Shown in pieces: positions 1-9,949 of a stretch of DNA of 43,567 nt (the first letter of the stretch is position 1; the number at the start of each line of letters is the position of its first letter). The notes beneath the pieces were generated by a model. That model made no database searches and was not told the DNA's origin. It saw nothing but the letters and a program-made list of their open reading frames with translations. The DNA is from an uncultured Anaerolineales bacterium (GTDB lineage: Bacteria > Chloroflexota > Anaerolineae > UBA3071), in contig CBDURC010000001.1 of NCBI GenBank assembly GCA_965369635.1, positions 1 through 43,567 of the forward strand, written 5' to 3'. The position numbers and the translations under genes were made by a program.

Positions 1-1168
1 CTGTCACCAACACTCGCTGTCCGTCTATCAGCCAGATGTCGCCTTCTTTGCTCTGGATGACGCCTTTGAAGCGCACGGCTCGTGGCAATTCCGGCGTCGG
101 GGTCGGCGGCACCGGAGTGGGCGTGTCGGTTGGTGTCGGCGTAACGGTGGGCGTATGTGTGGGCGTAGGTGTGGGCGTGTGCGTGACAGTCCCCGTGGGC
201 GTCGGAGTCGCCGTCTCGGTCGGCAAAGGTACGACAGTTGGCCTTGGTATGGGAGTCTCGGGCTGCTCTGGTGTATCGACCGGCGGGAGCGCCGTCGGAC
301 TGCCCGCAGCAGCAGGCGTGTCGGTTGGTGAGGGGATGGTCGTCGGCGTCCAAGTGGGCGTGGCCGGAATGGCTGTCGGCTCCTCTACCTCTGGAAGGGG
401 TTCTGGCGTGACAACAGGCGGTGCCAGGATGCGGATGCGGCGGGCCACCAGCTCGCCGGGGCGCTCCACCTGGGCTTCCACCAGGGCACGAGCCCCTATG
501 GCCGGTATTCCTTCTACTTCGGTCAGCGCATCCAGGTTAACGGTCACACCGCCGACAAGCCAGCTCTCCGCGTCCATCGCTTCGATCATGCCGCTGAAGT
601 CAAGCCGCTCCACGACGCGGCCGCTGGTTACGACTTCCTGTGCCTCCTCCGTACGCCGTTCCTCAAAACGCTCCTGGAGCGCCTCTTTGGCCTCGTGGTC
701 ACGTACCAGGGAAAGCTGCACGCGCTCGACGGTTCGCTTCACCGGATAGAGGACATCACCCGGCAGCGTGCGAGTGGAGGCGGCCACGGTGCTGCCGGTC
801 AGCAAGGCCAGTACCAGCAGCGTCGCCACGGCCACTGTCGCCCACGCCGGTGCGTGGGCCACTGGAGCCCAGGCGATGCGTGGCAGCCGAAGCCGCGGGC
901 GTGAGCGCTGTCGGGCTGCAGCTCGCTCACCGTTCAGGCGGGCGGAGGCTGCTGCGGCCAGGAAGTCGGCCTTGGCGTTTGCTGCTGCTTCCGGCAAGCG
1001 CGGCGGCACAGCATCTGCTTGACGGGCGACTGCCACGACTGTGAGCAGCGGCTCGATCTCTTCCCGGTGCGCCTGGTAGCGCTCCAGGCAGGCTGAGACC
1101 GATTCCCCTTCCAGCAGATGGTCAATGCATTCAGCCAGAATCGCGATGCGTCGTTTGCGCTTGATCAT
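1..1168 (-). CDS. Anti-sigma factor, N-terminal ~389 aa only (C-terminus runs off the window). It has a cytoplasmic N-terminal region, one TM, a DUF5667-like region and a long Pro/Thr-rich linker.
   Basis: Absent from the ORF track because it has no stop codon in the window. Hand translation from ATG 1168 (minus strand) gives MIKRKRRIAILAECIDHLLEGESVSACLERYQAHREEIEPLL. A TM follows (WATVAVATLLVLALLTGSTVA), then DVLYPVKRTVERVQLSL, then TPTPTGTVTHTPTPTPTHTPTVTPTPTDTPTPVPPTPTP. The frame is open to nt 1. The start overlaps the sigma stop as ATGA (1165-1168). Confidence 0.75.
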   Translation of the reverse strand, partial: MIKRKRRIAILAECIDHLLEGESVSACLERYQAHREEIEPLLTVVAVARQADAVPPRLPEAAANAKADFLAAAASARLNGERAAARQRSRPRLRLPRIAWAPVAHAPAWATVAVATLLVLALLTGSTVAASTRTLPGDVLYPVKRTVERVQLSLVRDHEAKEALQERFEERRTEEAQEVVTSGRVVERLDFSGMIEAMDAESWLVGGVTVNLDALTEVEGIPAIGARALVEAQVERPGELVARRIRILAPPVVTPEPLPEVEEPTAIPATPTWTPTTIPSPTDTPAAAGSPTALPPVDTPEQPETPIPRPTVVPLPTETATPTPTGTVTHTPTPTPTHTPTVTPTPTDTPTPVPPTPTPELPRAVRFKGVIQSKEGDIWLIDGQRVLVT

Positions 1169-1734
1169 TGTTCTATCGACTGAGCTGACATCAGGCCCCG
1201 GAGGGCGATCACTGCCCGGTACTGCAGCGCCTTGACCGCGCCTTCCGACTTCCCCAGGACGCTGGCCACCTCAAAAACGCTGTGGCCTTCCAGAAAACGC
1301 ATGGCCACGACCTGGGCCTGATCATGTGTGAGTTGCTGCACTGCCAGTAAGAGTCGTTCGTGAGCCAGTCTCCGATCTATGATCTCTACCGGGTTCCCAT
1401 CGGCGGCGATAAGCGGAGGGGCATCATCCAACGAAACACTCCTGGTTCGAGAGCGCCGCCGGAAGTGGTCTACCACCAGATTGTGAGCAATGCGATAGAG
1501 CCAACCAGAGAAAGATGTCTTCCAAGCCTGACCCTTCTGGATCGCTTCCAGCATGCGCAGAAAGACCTGGGCGGCCATGTCCTCTGCGAGATCGGCGTCG
1601 CCAAGGCGTCGGTAGAGATACTTATGTATCTTCGGGGCATAGAGATCGTAGATGGCTTCCAGAGCTGCCACATCGAGCTGTTTGGCTCGCTCCAGAAGCT
1701 GCCCTTCATCAGCGGCTACATCGGCTACGAACAT
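1165..1734 (-). CDS. ECF-type RNA polymerase sigma-70 family factor (189 aa)
   Basis: Region 2 is recognisable (WLYRIAHNLVVDHFRRR) and so is the region 4 HTH (VVAMRFLEGHSVFEVASVLGKSEGAVKALQYRAVIALR). I chose ATG 1734 (MFVADVAADEGQLLERAKQ) because the 249-aa track ORF would overlap the upstream gene that ends at 1850. Confidence 0.85.
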   Translation of the reverse strand: MFVADVAADEGQLLERAKQLDVAALEAIYDLYAPKIHKYLYRRLGDADLAEDMAAQVFLRMLEAIQKGQAWKTSFSGWLYRIAHNLVVDHFRRRSRTRSVSLDDAPPLIAADGNPVEIIDRRLAHERLLLAVQQLTHDQAQVVAMRFLEGHSVFEVASVLGKSEGAVKALQYRAVIALRGLMSAQSIEQ

Positions 1735-1849
1735 GCCTCTACTATCCTTAGACGCTAGAATCGAGAAAAGATTACGCTCGCTGGCGAATTGGTGCCCAAA
1801 CAGGCTGACCGACAGGTGAGTGGACAGGTTATGGTGCGAGTTCTCTGTC

Positions 1850-2464
1850 TTACGGCTGCACCAGTTTGCTAGTCTCCTGGTCGCTTGCTTCCTTGGATGC
1901 TCTCCAGACGACATAAATGCGCTGCAAGGCGGTGAGCTGGCTGAGGATGGCCAACAGCCACAGTCCGATACGTACTTGGCCCACGATCAGGGCAGTTATG
2001 AGGAGAATCACTCGTTCCACCCGGGTCATTAAGCCCTTCTGGCACTCCAGACCGACGCTTTCGGCCCTTGCCCGCGTGTAACTGACCAGCAAAGAGCCCA
2101 CGATGGCCACGTAGAGGAGCACCAAAGATTCGCTATCGCCCAGGCGCAGGAAGTAGATGAAGAGCCCCAGAAGGGTCACCGCCTCCGAATAGCGGTCGAG
2201 GGTGGAATCAAGGAAGGCACCGAACTGGGTAGAACGGTCCTGCAATCGGGCCATCACACCATCCACACCATCGGCCCCTGCTCCGATGAGCATCACAAAC
2301 CCGGCTAATCGTAGATGCCCCAAGGCCAGCAGTGCGGCTGCTCCTGCTATCATCACCAAGCCGAGGATGGTGACATCATTGGGGGATGCGCCCAGTCGGA
2401 TGAAGAAACGGGCGATCGGCTCGGTGATCCACATGGTGTAGCGGCGTAAGAGTCTGGTGATCAT
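1850..2464 (-). CDS. CDP-alcohol phosphatidyltransferase family protein
   Basis: Signature D-G-x2-A-R-x8-G-x3-D-x3-D is present as DGVDGVMARLQDRSTQFGAFLDSTLDRY. The protein is multi-TM. GGAG lies 6 nt upstream of ATG 2464. Confidence 0.85.
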   Translation of the reverse strand: MITRLLRRYTMWITEPIARFFIRLGASPNDVTILGLVMIAGAAALLALGHLRLAGFVMLIGAGADGVDGVMARLQDRSTQFGAFLDSTLDRYSEAVTLLGLFIYFLRLGDSESLVLLYVAIVGSLLVSYTRARAESVGLECQKGLMTRVERVILLITALIVGQVRIGLWLLAILSQLTALQRIYVVWRASKEASDQETSKLVQP

Positions 2465-2595
2465 GAACTACTCCGGGAGGGGAAGGTTATGGAATGGCGG
2501 ACTCAGAGTAATATTACACCCAAACCCTTCGCCTGTCAAACCAATCCAACTCGCTCGCACAGGAGCGCTGCTTCGAGGCTTGCACCGGAATCCAA

Positions 2596-2624
2596 CGAGC
2601 CACCTGGTGTCAGCAGGTGGCTCG
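2596..2624 (-). terminator. GC-rich hairpin about 50 nt downstream of the FG-GAP gene stop
   Basis: CGAGCCACCTG-gtgtcag-CAGGTGGCTCG forms an 11-bp perfect stem. The U-tract on the minus strand is weak (TTGGATT). Confidence 0.35.
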
Positions 2625-2670
2625 TCCGTTCTTGTCATCTCAGCGTGCCCTCGCCAGTTGGATAGAGCTC

Positions 2671-4935
2671 CTACTTCATGAGCAGTGGCGCATAGACGCA
2701 CGAATCCGCCACAAAGAGGTTGACGTCCACTCCCTGGATGCGGTTCGCGACGTACTCGGGCCAACCGATGATGACGATGGTGGCCACGTGCTGGCCCACG
2801 CTGAGCCCGCTTGGATCAACCTGCACATGGATGATGTCAGGCGTGTCACCGCTTTCTGGCGCGAGCGTGATCCAGTCCACTGGAGGCAGAAGCTCTCCAC
2901 CAAGGGCCAAGCCCTGGGCAGTCACTTCCGGTGCTTCGCCAGCAGCCGTATCTAGCAGCCCTGCTAAGCCCCCTGCAGACGGTCCGACCGCTATCGCCAT
3001 CCACTCAATGTCGCTTCCCCCTCCCTGCTGGGAGATGGCCACTCTATGGGATTGAATGGCACTGGAACAGGAAGCGACGAGCTCCAGGGTCGCGGGGCTG
3101 ACTTGCATGACGGGCGGCCGCACGATCATGGTCACTGGAAGAGTGAAGGGGCTGCCTATCACGTCGCCAGCGTCGAAGATGATGTTCCCGATGTGCGTAC
3201 CGGGATACAACTCCCCGCCGTGTACCTCCACCCAGGCTGTGGTCGGCGTGTTGCCTGCCGTGGGGGTGATCTCCAGCCAGGCGACGTCCGGCGTCGCAGT
3301 CCATGACAGCGACGTACCGCCGCCCAGATTCTGAACGGTCACAGATTGCAGCGGCGGATTGGTCTGTCCCTGATCCATTGAGAAAGCAAGCTCGGCAGGG
3401 GTTACACCAAGCCGCGGCAGCGTGACAACCACCGCCAGCGTCACGTCAATGTACTGAGGACTAGCTCCTATGCCGGCGTCAGCATCGACGCGGATCTGTC
3501 CTGAGTAGGTGCCACTGGACAACGTCGTGGGGTCCACGGAAACGCTCAGAGTGGCAGGCGTCGTGCCGCTGGCGGGGGTGACACTCAGCCAGTCGGCTCC
3601 TTCGGTGACAGTCGCCGTCCAACCGAATTCATCGCCTTCTCCCACGTTGCTGATGAACACTGCCTGGGCTGGTGGGATGACACCCTCAAAAGTGAAAGAC
3701 AGCGTGCCAGGATTCGCCCCCAGCGTTGGCCCTGCGGCAATGCCTGCGCCATCCAGGTTGCCCACGGCGAAGGGACCCTTGAAGGAGCCGGATTCCTCGT
3801 AAAAGGTGTCACTCGCCTCGGGCCTGTCATAGACGCGATACTTGGTACTGCGCACCAGAATCACTTCGTCCCTGCCGTCGCCTTCCAGGTCGCCGGTCTC
3901 CATGGCCAGCCAGCCGCCGTAGGGGCTGTTCGCACCCGCCGGCTCGAACGTACGCATGGCCGCTCCGGCGATGTTGCGCGAGATCAAGGTGATGGCCGTG
4001 TCGGTGCGATTGCGATACATGACGAGTTCCTCATCCCCGTCGCCATTGAGATCTGCCCCTTCGATGTCGGTGAAGTAGGGGAAGAATTTCCCCTCCCAAG
4101 CGTCTTCCAGGGCGGCTCCACTCTCCCATCGGAAGACGAGGATCGAAGGCAGCTCGCCCAGCACGTCCCTGCGCGACGTCACTATCTCCACTCTGTCGCC
4201 TGTACTGACCTTGTGCGTGTTGATCAGTTCCAGCAACAGCCAGTCAAAGGTGTACCCATGCTCATGCAGCGTGGAGTAGTTGTTGGCGGGGTTCTGGATG
4301 AGAATGAGACGATCCTTGAATCCTGTCTCGCCATTGCGCATCAGGGCCAGATCATCGTAGCCATCGCCGTTGACATCCCCTAGCTCCACATCCAGCCACT
4401 TGGTGCCGTGCTCCATGTCCTTCCGCAGGGTCCAACTCGTCCCAGTGGTGTTGCCGTCGTACACGAGGATGTGAGATTTGACATTGTTTGCGGCGTCGTC
4501 TTCGCGCAGGAGCACGATTTCGTCACGACCGTCGCCGTCAATGTCTCCGGTGGCCATATCGTAGTACTTGTAGGGGGAGCTGATGCTCCACTGGCCAGCG
4601 ACCGCCACCTGCCCCGGCTGGACCACGGGATCGAAGACTTTGGCTAGACCACCTCTGCTGGCCAGGATCTCCTGATCGCCATCGCCGTTGAAGTCGCCTA
4701 AGGTAACGTCTGTCCATCCGGTGTCGTCTGATTGCCAATCCACTTCCTCGTAGCCGCTGGGAACGTTCGGATCTACCACCTTGATGCGGCCATTGCCTTC
4801 CAGCAGAACCAACTCGTCGTCTTGTACGGCCAACCCCAATGCTCTCTGCTCAGCCCAGGGGCTGACGAGAAGCATCACGGGTGCCATGATGATGGTAAGG
4901 GCCAGGCAGGCCGTCCACCATATTGACTTGCGCAT
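2671..4935 (-). CDS. Secreted or anchored FG-GAP/VCBS beta-propeller protein with three C-terminal Ig/BACON-like repeats
   Basis: N-terminal signal/TM is MRKSIWWTACLALTIIMAPVMLLV. Ca-loop motifs are GDFNGDGDQEI, GDIDGDGRDEI, GDVNGDGYDDL, ADLNGDGDEEL, GDLEGDGRDEV and GNLDGAG. Three repeats carry GWTATVTEGADWLSVTPASGTTPATLSV, SWTATPDVAWLEITPTAGNTPTTAWV and VDWITLAPESGDTPDIIHV. AGGAGG lies 7 nt upstream of ATG 4935. Confidence 0.8.
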   Translation of the reverse strand: MRKSIWWTACLALTIIMAPVMLLVSPWAEQRALGLAVQDDELVLLEGNGRIKVVDPNVPSGYEEVDWQSDDTGWTDVTLGDFNGDGDQEILASRGGLAKVFDPVVQPGQVAVAGQWSISSPYKYYDMATGDIDGDGRDEIVLLREDDAANNVKSHILVYDGNTTGTSWTLRKDMEHGTKWLDVELGDVNGDGYDDLALMRNGETGFKDRLILIQNPANNYSTLHEHGYTFDWLLLELINTHKVSTGDRVEIVTSRRDVLGELPSILVFRWESGAALEDAWEGKFFPYFTDIEGADLNGDGDEELVMYRNRTDTAITLISRNIAGAAMRTFEPAGANSPYGGWLAMETGDLEGDGRDEVILVRSTKYRVYDRPEASDTFYEESGSFKGPFAVGNLDGAGIAAGPTLGANPGTLSFTFEGVIPPAQAVFISNVGEGDEFGWTATVTEGADWLSVTPASGTTPATLSVSVDPTTLSSGTYSGQIRVDADAGIGASPQYIDVTLAVVVTLPRLGVTPAELAFSMDQGQTNPPLQSVTVQNLGGGTSLSWTATPDVAWLEITPTAGNTPTTAWVEVHGGELYPGTHIGNIIFDAGDVIGSPFTLPVTMIVRPPVMQVSPATLELVASCSSAIQSHRVAISQQGGGSDIEWMAIAVGPSAGGLAGLLDTAAGEAPEVTAQGLALGGELLPPVDWITLAPESGDTPDIIHVQVDPSGLSVGQHVATIVIIGWPEYVANRIQGVDVNLFVADSCVYAPLLMK

Positions 4936-4996
4936 TGATTGTCCTCCTATTGAACAAAGTGAATGCCGGCAAGCTGTCCGGCACTTGCTGGTGGGG

Positions 4997-5024
4997 ATTA
5001 TAGCACAACCCCAGATATGGGCAA
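4997..5024 (-). promoter_or_regulatory. Sigma-70-type promoter with extended -10 for the FG-GAP gene
   Basis: The minus strand reads TTGCCC-16 nt-(gTGc)TATAAT. The -10 is at 5002..4997, about 60 nt upstream of ATG 4935. Confidence 0.45.
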
Positions 5025-5049
5025 GAACGAGCCTCTATCTGTCAGGCTG

Positions 5050-5634
5050 TCACGTCTGCTGCGATCGCCACGATAGCAGATGTCGCAGATCACGATCCCG
5101 TATCTCAACATGCAGCAGTTGATGTCCCCGGCAGTAGGCGTTCTCTTGCAGCGCTTCTTCAAGACTGCTCCATCGCTGGAGGTAGAGCTCGTCGTTGCTG
5201 ATCACTCGCCAGAAGCCGCCGCTTTTGAATATGCAAAGCACGTGTGCAGCGTGCAGTAACCCAACCTCGAAGGGGTTGATGGCAATGGTGACCACGTAGC
5301 AGTCGGGTGGGGCATCGCAGAAGGGTAGGACATTCTGGGCCGAGAAGTAGGCCAGTCCATCGCAATCGTCCTCGAAGAGGCCCTGCATCTGGAGTTGCCA
5401 TTCTATGTACTCCAGGCTCGGCAGGGTGTCGAAAGCGCCGCCCAAGGGCTCCTGTTTCCAGCGGACGGCAGTGGGCAGCCACTGTCCATATGCTTCCAGA
5501 GAGGCGTGGGAACGCTGCTGCCACGGAAGGTGGGGACGCCACAGGTCTACCAGCCGTGAGAGTGGCACTTTTCCCCAGCGGAACCAGGTCTTGAGGCCGA
5601 ATACGTAGAGGGCTACCAGGCATCGTTGTATCAT
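5050..5634 (-). CDS. Hypothetical protein with a possible transglutaminase/papain-like Cys-His-Asp arrangement
   Basis: Candidate triad: EDDCDGLAYFSAQ (Cys), LHAAHVLCIF (His), VISNDELY (Asp). Start moved to ATG 5634 (MIQRCLVALYVF) to avoid overlapping the gene that ends at 5646. Confidence 0.55.
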   Translation of the reverse strand: MIQRCLVALYVFGLKTWFRWGKVPLSRLVDLWRPHLPWQQRSHASLEAYGQWLPTAVRWKQEPLGGAFDTLPSLEYIEWQLQMQGLFEDDCDGLAYFSAQNVLPFCDAPPDCYVVTIAINPFEVGLLHAAHVLCIFKSGGFWRVISNDELYLQRWSSLEEALQENAYCRGHQLLHVEIRDRDLRHLLSWRSQQT

Positions 5635-5645
5635 AGTCTCAGGTC

Positions 5646-6617
5646 TCAGCCTTGTTCCGGCTTCTTCTGGGGCTTCGCCAAATGCTCTTGGAACCACTCG
5701 ATGGTCAGCCGCAGCCCTTCCTCCAGCACCACTTGCGGTTGCCAGCCCAGCACTCGCCGCGCCTTGCTGATGTCCGGCCGGCGGGTTTGGGGATCGTCCT
5801 TCGTGCGCTCGTCCGCCGGTGTCACAAACACGATTTCCGAGGAACTGCCGGAGACTTCCAGTACCTTGTGGGCGAACTCGAGAACGGTCATTTCGTGCGG
5901 GTTGCCCAGGTTGACCGGGTACACCTCGTCGGACAGCAGCAGACGGTAGAGCCCCTCCACCATGTCCGAAACGTAGCAGAAGCTGCGGGTTCGCGCCCCA
6001 TCGTCGTAGACCGTCAGTGGCTCTCCCAGCAGCGCCTGCTTGACGAAATTGGGCACCACGCGGCCATCGTCCAGTCGCATGCGGGGGCCGTAGGTGTTGA
6101 AGATCCTGGCAGTGCGCGTCTCCAGGCCGTGAGCCCGATGGTAGGCCATGGTCATTGCCTCGGCGTAGCGTTTCGACTCATCGTACACGCCGCGCGGGCC
6201 GATGGGGTTCACATTGCCCCAGTACGTCTCGGGCTGTGGATGCACTTTGGGGTCACCGTACACCTCGGAGGTGGACGCCAACAGGTAGCGCGCTCGCTTG
6301 ACCAGGGCTAATCCCAGCGTCTTGTGCGTGCCCAGCGCTCCTACTTTGAGGGTCTTGATTGGCTTCTCCAGATAGTCCACAGGACTGGGCAACGACGCCA
6401 GATGCAGGATGACGTCCAGCGGACCGTCCAGGTGGATGTATTCGGTCACGTCGTGGAAGATGAAATGGAAGCGGCGGCGACTGGTCAGGTGAGCGATGTT
6501 ATCCGCAGACCCAGTGACCAAGTTGTCCATGGCGATGACCTCGTGGCCTTCGGCCAGGAGGCGGTCGCAAAGGTGCGAGCCGACAAAGCCAGCACCGCCG
6601 GTGACAAGAATGCGCAT
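5646..6617 (-). CDS. UDP-glucuronate decarboxylase (UDP-xylose synthase-like SDR)
   Basis: N-terminus [21 protein letters not shown] carries the GxxGxxG Rossmann motif. The catalytic YDESKRYAE (YxxxK) is present. The sequence resembles the UXS/ArnA-C-terminal family throughout. Confidence 0.85.
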   Translation of the reverse strand: MRILVTGGAGFVGSHLCDRLLAEGHEVIAMDNLVTGSADNIAHLTSRRRFHFIFHDVTEYIHLDGPLDVILHLASLPSPVDYLEKPIKTLKVGALGTHKTLGLALVKRARYLLASTSEVYGDPKVHPQPETYWGNVNPIGPRGVYDESKRYAEAMTMAYHRAHGLETRTARIFNTYGPRMRLDDGRVVPNFVKQALLGEPLTVYDDGARTRSFCYVSDMVEGLYRLLLSDEVYPVNLGNPHEMTVLEFAHKVLEVSGSSSEIVFVTPADERTKDDPQTRRPDISKARRVLGWQPQVVLEEGLRLTIEWFQEHLAKPQKKPEQG

Positions 6618-6628
6618 GTTCTCCTCCC

Positions 6629-9600
6629 CTAGACCTCGTTCTCTCCCCTATGCTCACGCCGGAAGACGCCTAGAGTGAGCATGAAGATGAACGCCAAATC
6701 CACCAGGAAAATCGAATTGTCAATCAGGCCGTGCGCCGCGGTGGCCACCAGGCTGGCTAGTAGGCCCAGCAGGGGCGCTCGTCGGTCCGCGTTGGCTGTG
6801 CGTCGCCACGCTCGCCACCCGGTCCTGAAGCCAGCCACCACCAGCCAGAGGCCAACCGCCAGCCCCAGCAGCCCCAGTCGCGTCCAGAAGTCCAGTATGA
6901 CATTGTGCGGATGGCTCAGGTTCAGTTCCTCCCAGGCTGCTGGTAGCACGTAGCGGGTGCGGTACTCGTAGAGGAAGTTGTCCAGTCCTACTCCTAGCCA
7001 GGGATGGTCGAGCGCCATGTTTACTGCCCCTCGCCACAGTCGCAGGCGGATGAAGCTCGTGCCCTGGGTGAAATCGAACAGCCCAGCGAAGCGCTCCGTG
7101 TGGAAAAGGGGCATCATGGCCAGCCCAGCCACCAAGAGGAAGGCCAAGGCGATGACCAACGGCCGCCGCCGCTTCATGCTACCGCCAGCAAGCGAGCCGG
7201 CCAGTCCCAGAAAGAGCACAGCCGCTGGCAGTCCGAGCAGTAATGCCCCCTTGCTGAAGGTGACGATGCAGGCCAGGCCGATAGGGATCATCAGCAGGCC
7301 GTAGGCCCAGCGCCGCCAGCGGGTGCGTCCGTACGCCATCACCGCGCCCAGCAGTGGCACGATGCGATCCAGGTACAGCCCCAGATTGTTGGGTGAGCCG
7401 TATAGCGCTCGAACCCGCCACACCCCTTCCACGTCCACCCGCCCCTGCCCCGTAGCCAACTGCCACAGGCCCACGGCGCTTACCGCCAGCGCGCCCAGCA
7501 CTAGCCCGTCCATCAGAGGCCAGAGGGACAACGGCTTTCCATCGCCTCGCTGCGCACGACTTATCAACAGGTAGAACAGAGCGGACTCCAGGATGACCAC
7601 GCGAAACTCACGCTGGGCCACGCCGGTGTTTCGAGCTGTCAGCAGCGAAAGGGCGGATACGGCGACGAATGCCAGGACAGGCCAGTCCAGATTCGCCATG
7701 CGTGGTTCGTGATGCGTGATGCGGCGGCGAAGCCAGTGGAAGGCCAACAGCACTGTGCCCAAGAGGGTGAAGATCTCGACGTGTGAGAACTGGCGCCCCA
7801 GGATGGTTTTTGGGCGCAGGAAGAGGGGGATGGCAAAGGCGATCAGTGGCAGTACCAGATCGAACCGCAGCGCCAGTAGCAACGCCAATAGGCTCAGGCT
7901 GAGCAGGTCTAGCACCAGCCAGGGGGAGAAGGCGAAAAGCGCTGCTGCTGCAACGACGCACGCTACCTGCCAGCGTTCGTCCAGGCAGTGGAAGCGCGCG
8001 GCCACGGTGCCCAGACGTTTCCCAACCCAGCGCAGGCTCTCCCGCGTCGCCGGGCGACAGGCCAGACGCACTCCGTTGGCGATGGTCAGCAAAGCGAGAA
8101 GCCCCAAGCCTCCCAGCAGCCATGTCTGCCCGGGGCTCTGCTCGCGACTGACGATAATCCGCCGGATGGCCCACTGGCCCCAGCCGCCGGTAGCGACGAT
8201 GCGTGCTTGGTGCAAGCCATCGTCCAGGCCGCGAGCCAACGTCACTCGTTCGTGTGCCGAGAGCGGATCGTAGAGGGTGAGGTTGGTCTTGCCGTCTCCG
8301 TCCCGCGGCAGAGCGTTGGCTGGCTGTCCATCCACACTCACCGCGAAGTAAGCCCAGTACGGCCCCCGCTGGATATCCAGGTCGAGCCGCGTGCCCAGGA
8401 AGGCGAATTCCAACGTGTCGCCGTTCTGGCTGACATCGGCAGCCTCGGCAGTGATTTGCCAGTTGCCCCTGTAGCGGAGAGCGGGGTGATCCGGCGCGTG
8501 TATTCCCGGAGGGAGGAGCGGGGCTTCGCTGGCTGCCTCGCTGAGCGTTGTCAGCGCTGGTCGAGGCTGTCTTGCCTGGTCAACCAGAGCGAATCCCCAG
8601 TGAGCATCGTCGGGAGCAACGTCTGGGTGGTAGCTGGCCCAGAACATGAGCCCCAGCCAGGGCCAGTCGCGTCTTGCCCGCTCGAAGGCCCCAACGATGT
8701 AGTCAGCCTGCGTCGCCTCGTTCACTTGTCCCCAAATGGAGGGCGCACCCGCCCAGCCAGGCGGCGGCGCGTTCCAGCCGAATTCCACGGCCCACAGCGG
8801 CGTGTGCGCATCGTTGTGCCGCTCCATCACCTCCCGTACCAGGGCAATCCGCCCGAAGTTCAACACGTCCGGGCTCAGCAGCGGGTCGTCAGGGCCGGCA
8901 TTGAAGCCATAGGGCTTGGCGGCGGCGATGTCGAACCATTCGGCTGCGCCTATCCGGTAGAGTTGATCCAGATAGGTGATGTCGCTGAGGTTGGCGCCGC
9001 CCGTCTCCACGGTGGGCGCCAGGCCCCCCAGCAAGACCCAGGCGGTGGGGTCGGCTGCCTTCACCTGCACGAAGCCTTCGCGCAGCAATCCGAGGTAATC
9101 TGCAGGGTCGGCGGAGCGTGCGCCCCAGTGCGGGGCGATGTTTGGCTCATCCCATATCTGGTAAAAGTCCACCATCTCCCCGTAGCGGCGGGCGAAGGCG
9201 GCGGCGAAGTGGCCGAAATCGGCTCGCTCACGTGGGGGGGCGAAACGGTTGCTGGCATCCGCTTCGGCTCGGGCCCAGGCGGGCGAGGTATCCAGCACGG
9301 CGATGAGGTGCAGGTCCTGCTGTGCAACGGTCTGCACGATACGGTCCCAGGTAGCCCACTCGAACTGATCCGGCTGCAGCTCGATATCTGCCCAGGGGAA
9401 ACGCTGCCGCAGCCAGTTCAGGTCGGCTGCCTGGAGGTCATCCAGCGCAGCAGCCAGTCCGGCGTCATCGTACTGTTCCAGCGCCACGTTGACCCCCAGC
9501 CGCTCGTGGACGGCGGGAGTGATCGCTGGCGGTGGGCCGTAGGTTACGCCGCGCGCCGCCCAGCGAGCGCTCCGCCATAGCCCACTCCCTGCGCCAACGA

Positions 9601-9808
9601 AAGCCAACACGAGCAGGAGGTGCAGCGCCAGTATCAGAAACGGTCGCCAGGTTTCAGTGCGGATGGGTATTGACGTCGTATTGCCTCCGCGCATAGTCTC
9701 GAAATCGTACCACAGAATCGCCGTTTTGGGAAACGGGGATAGCATCTTCATTTGCGCAAACCCGCCTCCTCCTGTAAAATGCATAGTAGGTGAAACGCGA
9801 AGCGCCAA
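6629..9808 (-). CDS. Fusion protein: an extracytoplasmic clan GH-A-like TIM-barrel glycoside-hydrolase domain plus a C-terminal multi-TM O-antigen ligase/polymerase (Wzy_C-like) domain
   Basis: N-terminal half has [11 protein letters not shown] (NEP-type acid/base motif) and [11 protein letters not shown] (nucleophile-Glu-like motif). C-terminal half has about 10 or more TM helices and an O-antigen-ligase-like loop (PNNLGLYLD ... [11 protein letters not shown]). The start is ambiguous (ATG 9808, 9751, 9745 or 9694), but all candidates precede the first TM. Confidence 0.8.
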   Translation of the reverse strand: MALRVSPTMHFTGGGGFAQMKMLSPFPKTAILWYDFETMRGGNTTSIPIRTETWRPFLILALHLLLVLAFVGAGSGLWRSARWAARGVTYGPPPAITPAVHERLGVNVALEQYDDAGLAAALDDLQAADLNWLRQRFPWADIELQPDQFEWATWDRIVQTVAQQDLHLIAVLDTSPAWARAEADASNRFAPPRERADFGHFAAAFARRYGEMVDFYQIWDEPNIAPHWGARSADPADYLGLLREGFVQVKAADPTAWVLLGGLAPTVETGGANLSDITYLDQLYRIGAAEWFDIAAAKPYGFNAGPDDPLLSPDVLNFGRIALVREVMERHNDAHTPLWAVEFGWNAPPPGWAGAPSIWGQVNEATQADYIVGAFERARRDWPWLGLMFWASYHPDVAPDDAHWGFALVDQARQPRPALTTLSEAASEAPLLPPGIHAPDHPALRYRGNWQITAEAADVSQNGDTLEFAFLGTRLDLDIQRGPYWAYFAVSVDGQPANALPRDGDGKTNLTLYDPLSAHERVTLARGLDDGLHQARIVATGGWGQWAIRRIIVSREQSPGQTWLLGGLGLLALLTIANGVRLACRPATRESLRWVGKRLGTVAARFHCLDERWQVACVVAAAALFAFSPWLVLDLLSLSLLALLLALRFDLVLPLIAFAIPLFLRPKTILGRQFSHVEIFTLLGTVLLAFHWLRRRITHHEPRMANLDWPVLAFVAVSALSLLTARNTGVAQREFRVVILESALFYLLISRAQRGDGKPLSLWPLMDGLVLGALAVSAVGLWQLATGQGRVDVEGVWRVRALYGSPNNLGLYLDRIVPLLGAVMAYGRTRWRRWAYGLLMIPIGLACIVTFSKGALLLGLPAAVLFLGLAGSLAGGSMKRRRPLVIALAFLLVAGLAMMPLFHTERFAGLFDFTQGTSFIRLRLWRGAVNMALDHPWLGVGLDNFLYEYRTRYVLPAAWEELNLSHPHNVILDFWTRLGLLGLAVGLWLVVAGFRTGWRAWRRTANADRRAPLLGLLASLVATAAHGLIDNSIFLVDLAFIFMLTLGVFRREHRGENEV

Positions 9809-9949
9809 GCGCCCCTACTCAAAGAAGCGGAAGCCATCAGCGGATGAATCGGATAGGATGCGAGAGAGTCCGCTCGATCCGCTGACGATCTTGTGGTGTC
9901 TCAGAGGCATCGCAAAGTGCAAAGCGCCAGACGCAGGAGGAGGCCGACG

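Noticed and set aside
36-749. 237-aa plus-strand ORF rich in V/G (GVGVSVGVGVTVGV...)
   Set aside because: It is the antisense reading of the Pro/Thr-rich linker of the minus-strand anti-sigma factor. It is low-complexity and has no RBS. The minus frame carries recognisable anti-sigma features and is translationally coupled to the sigma gene.
1735-1849. Possible ECF-type autoregulated promoter (GAAC ... GTC) upstream of the sigma gene
   Set aside because: The spacing (about 14-15 nt) and the -10 sequence do not match ECF consensus well enough to call.
4964-4983. Hairpin TGCCGG-caagctgt-CCGGCA as terminator of the 5050 gene
   Set aside because: The stem is only 6 bp and there is no U-tract. 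It lies downstream of the predicted FG-GAP promoter, so its role is ambiguous.
7988-9580. 530-aa plus-strand ORF opposite the GH/O-antigen-ligase gene
   Set aside because: This is a typical high-GC shadow ORF. Its composition is Arg/Pro/Gly-rich and it has no recognisable motifs. The minus frame has TM helices and catalytic-type motifs.
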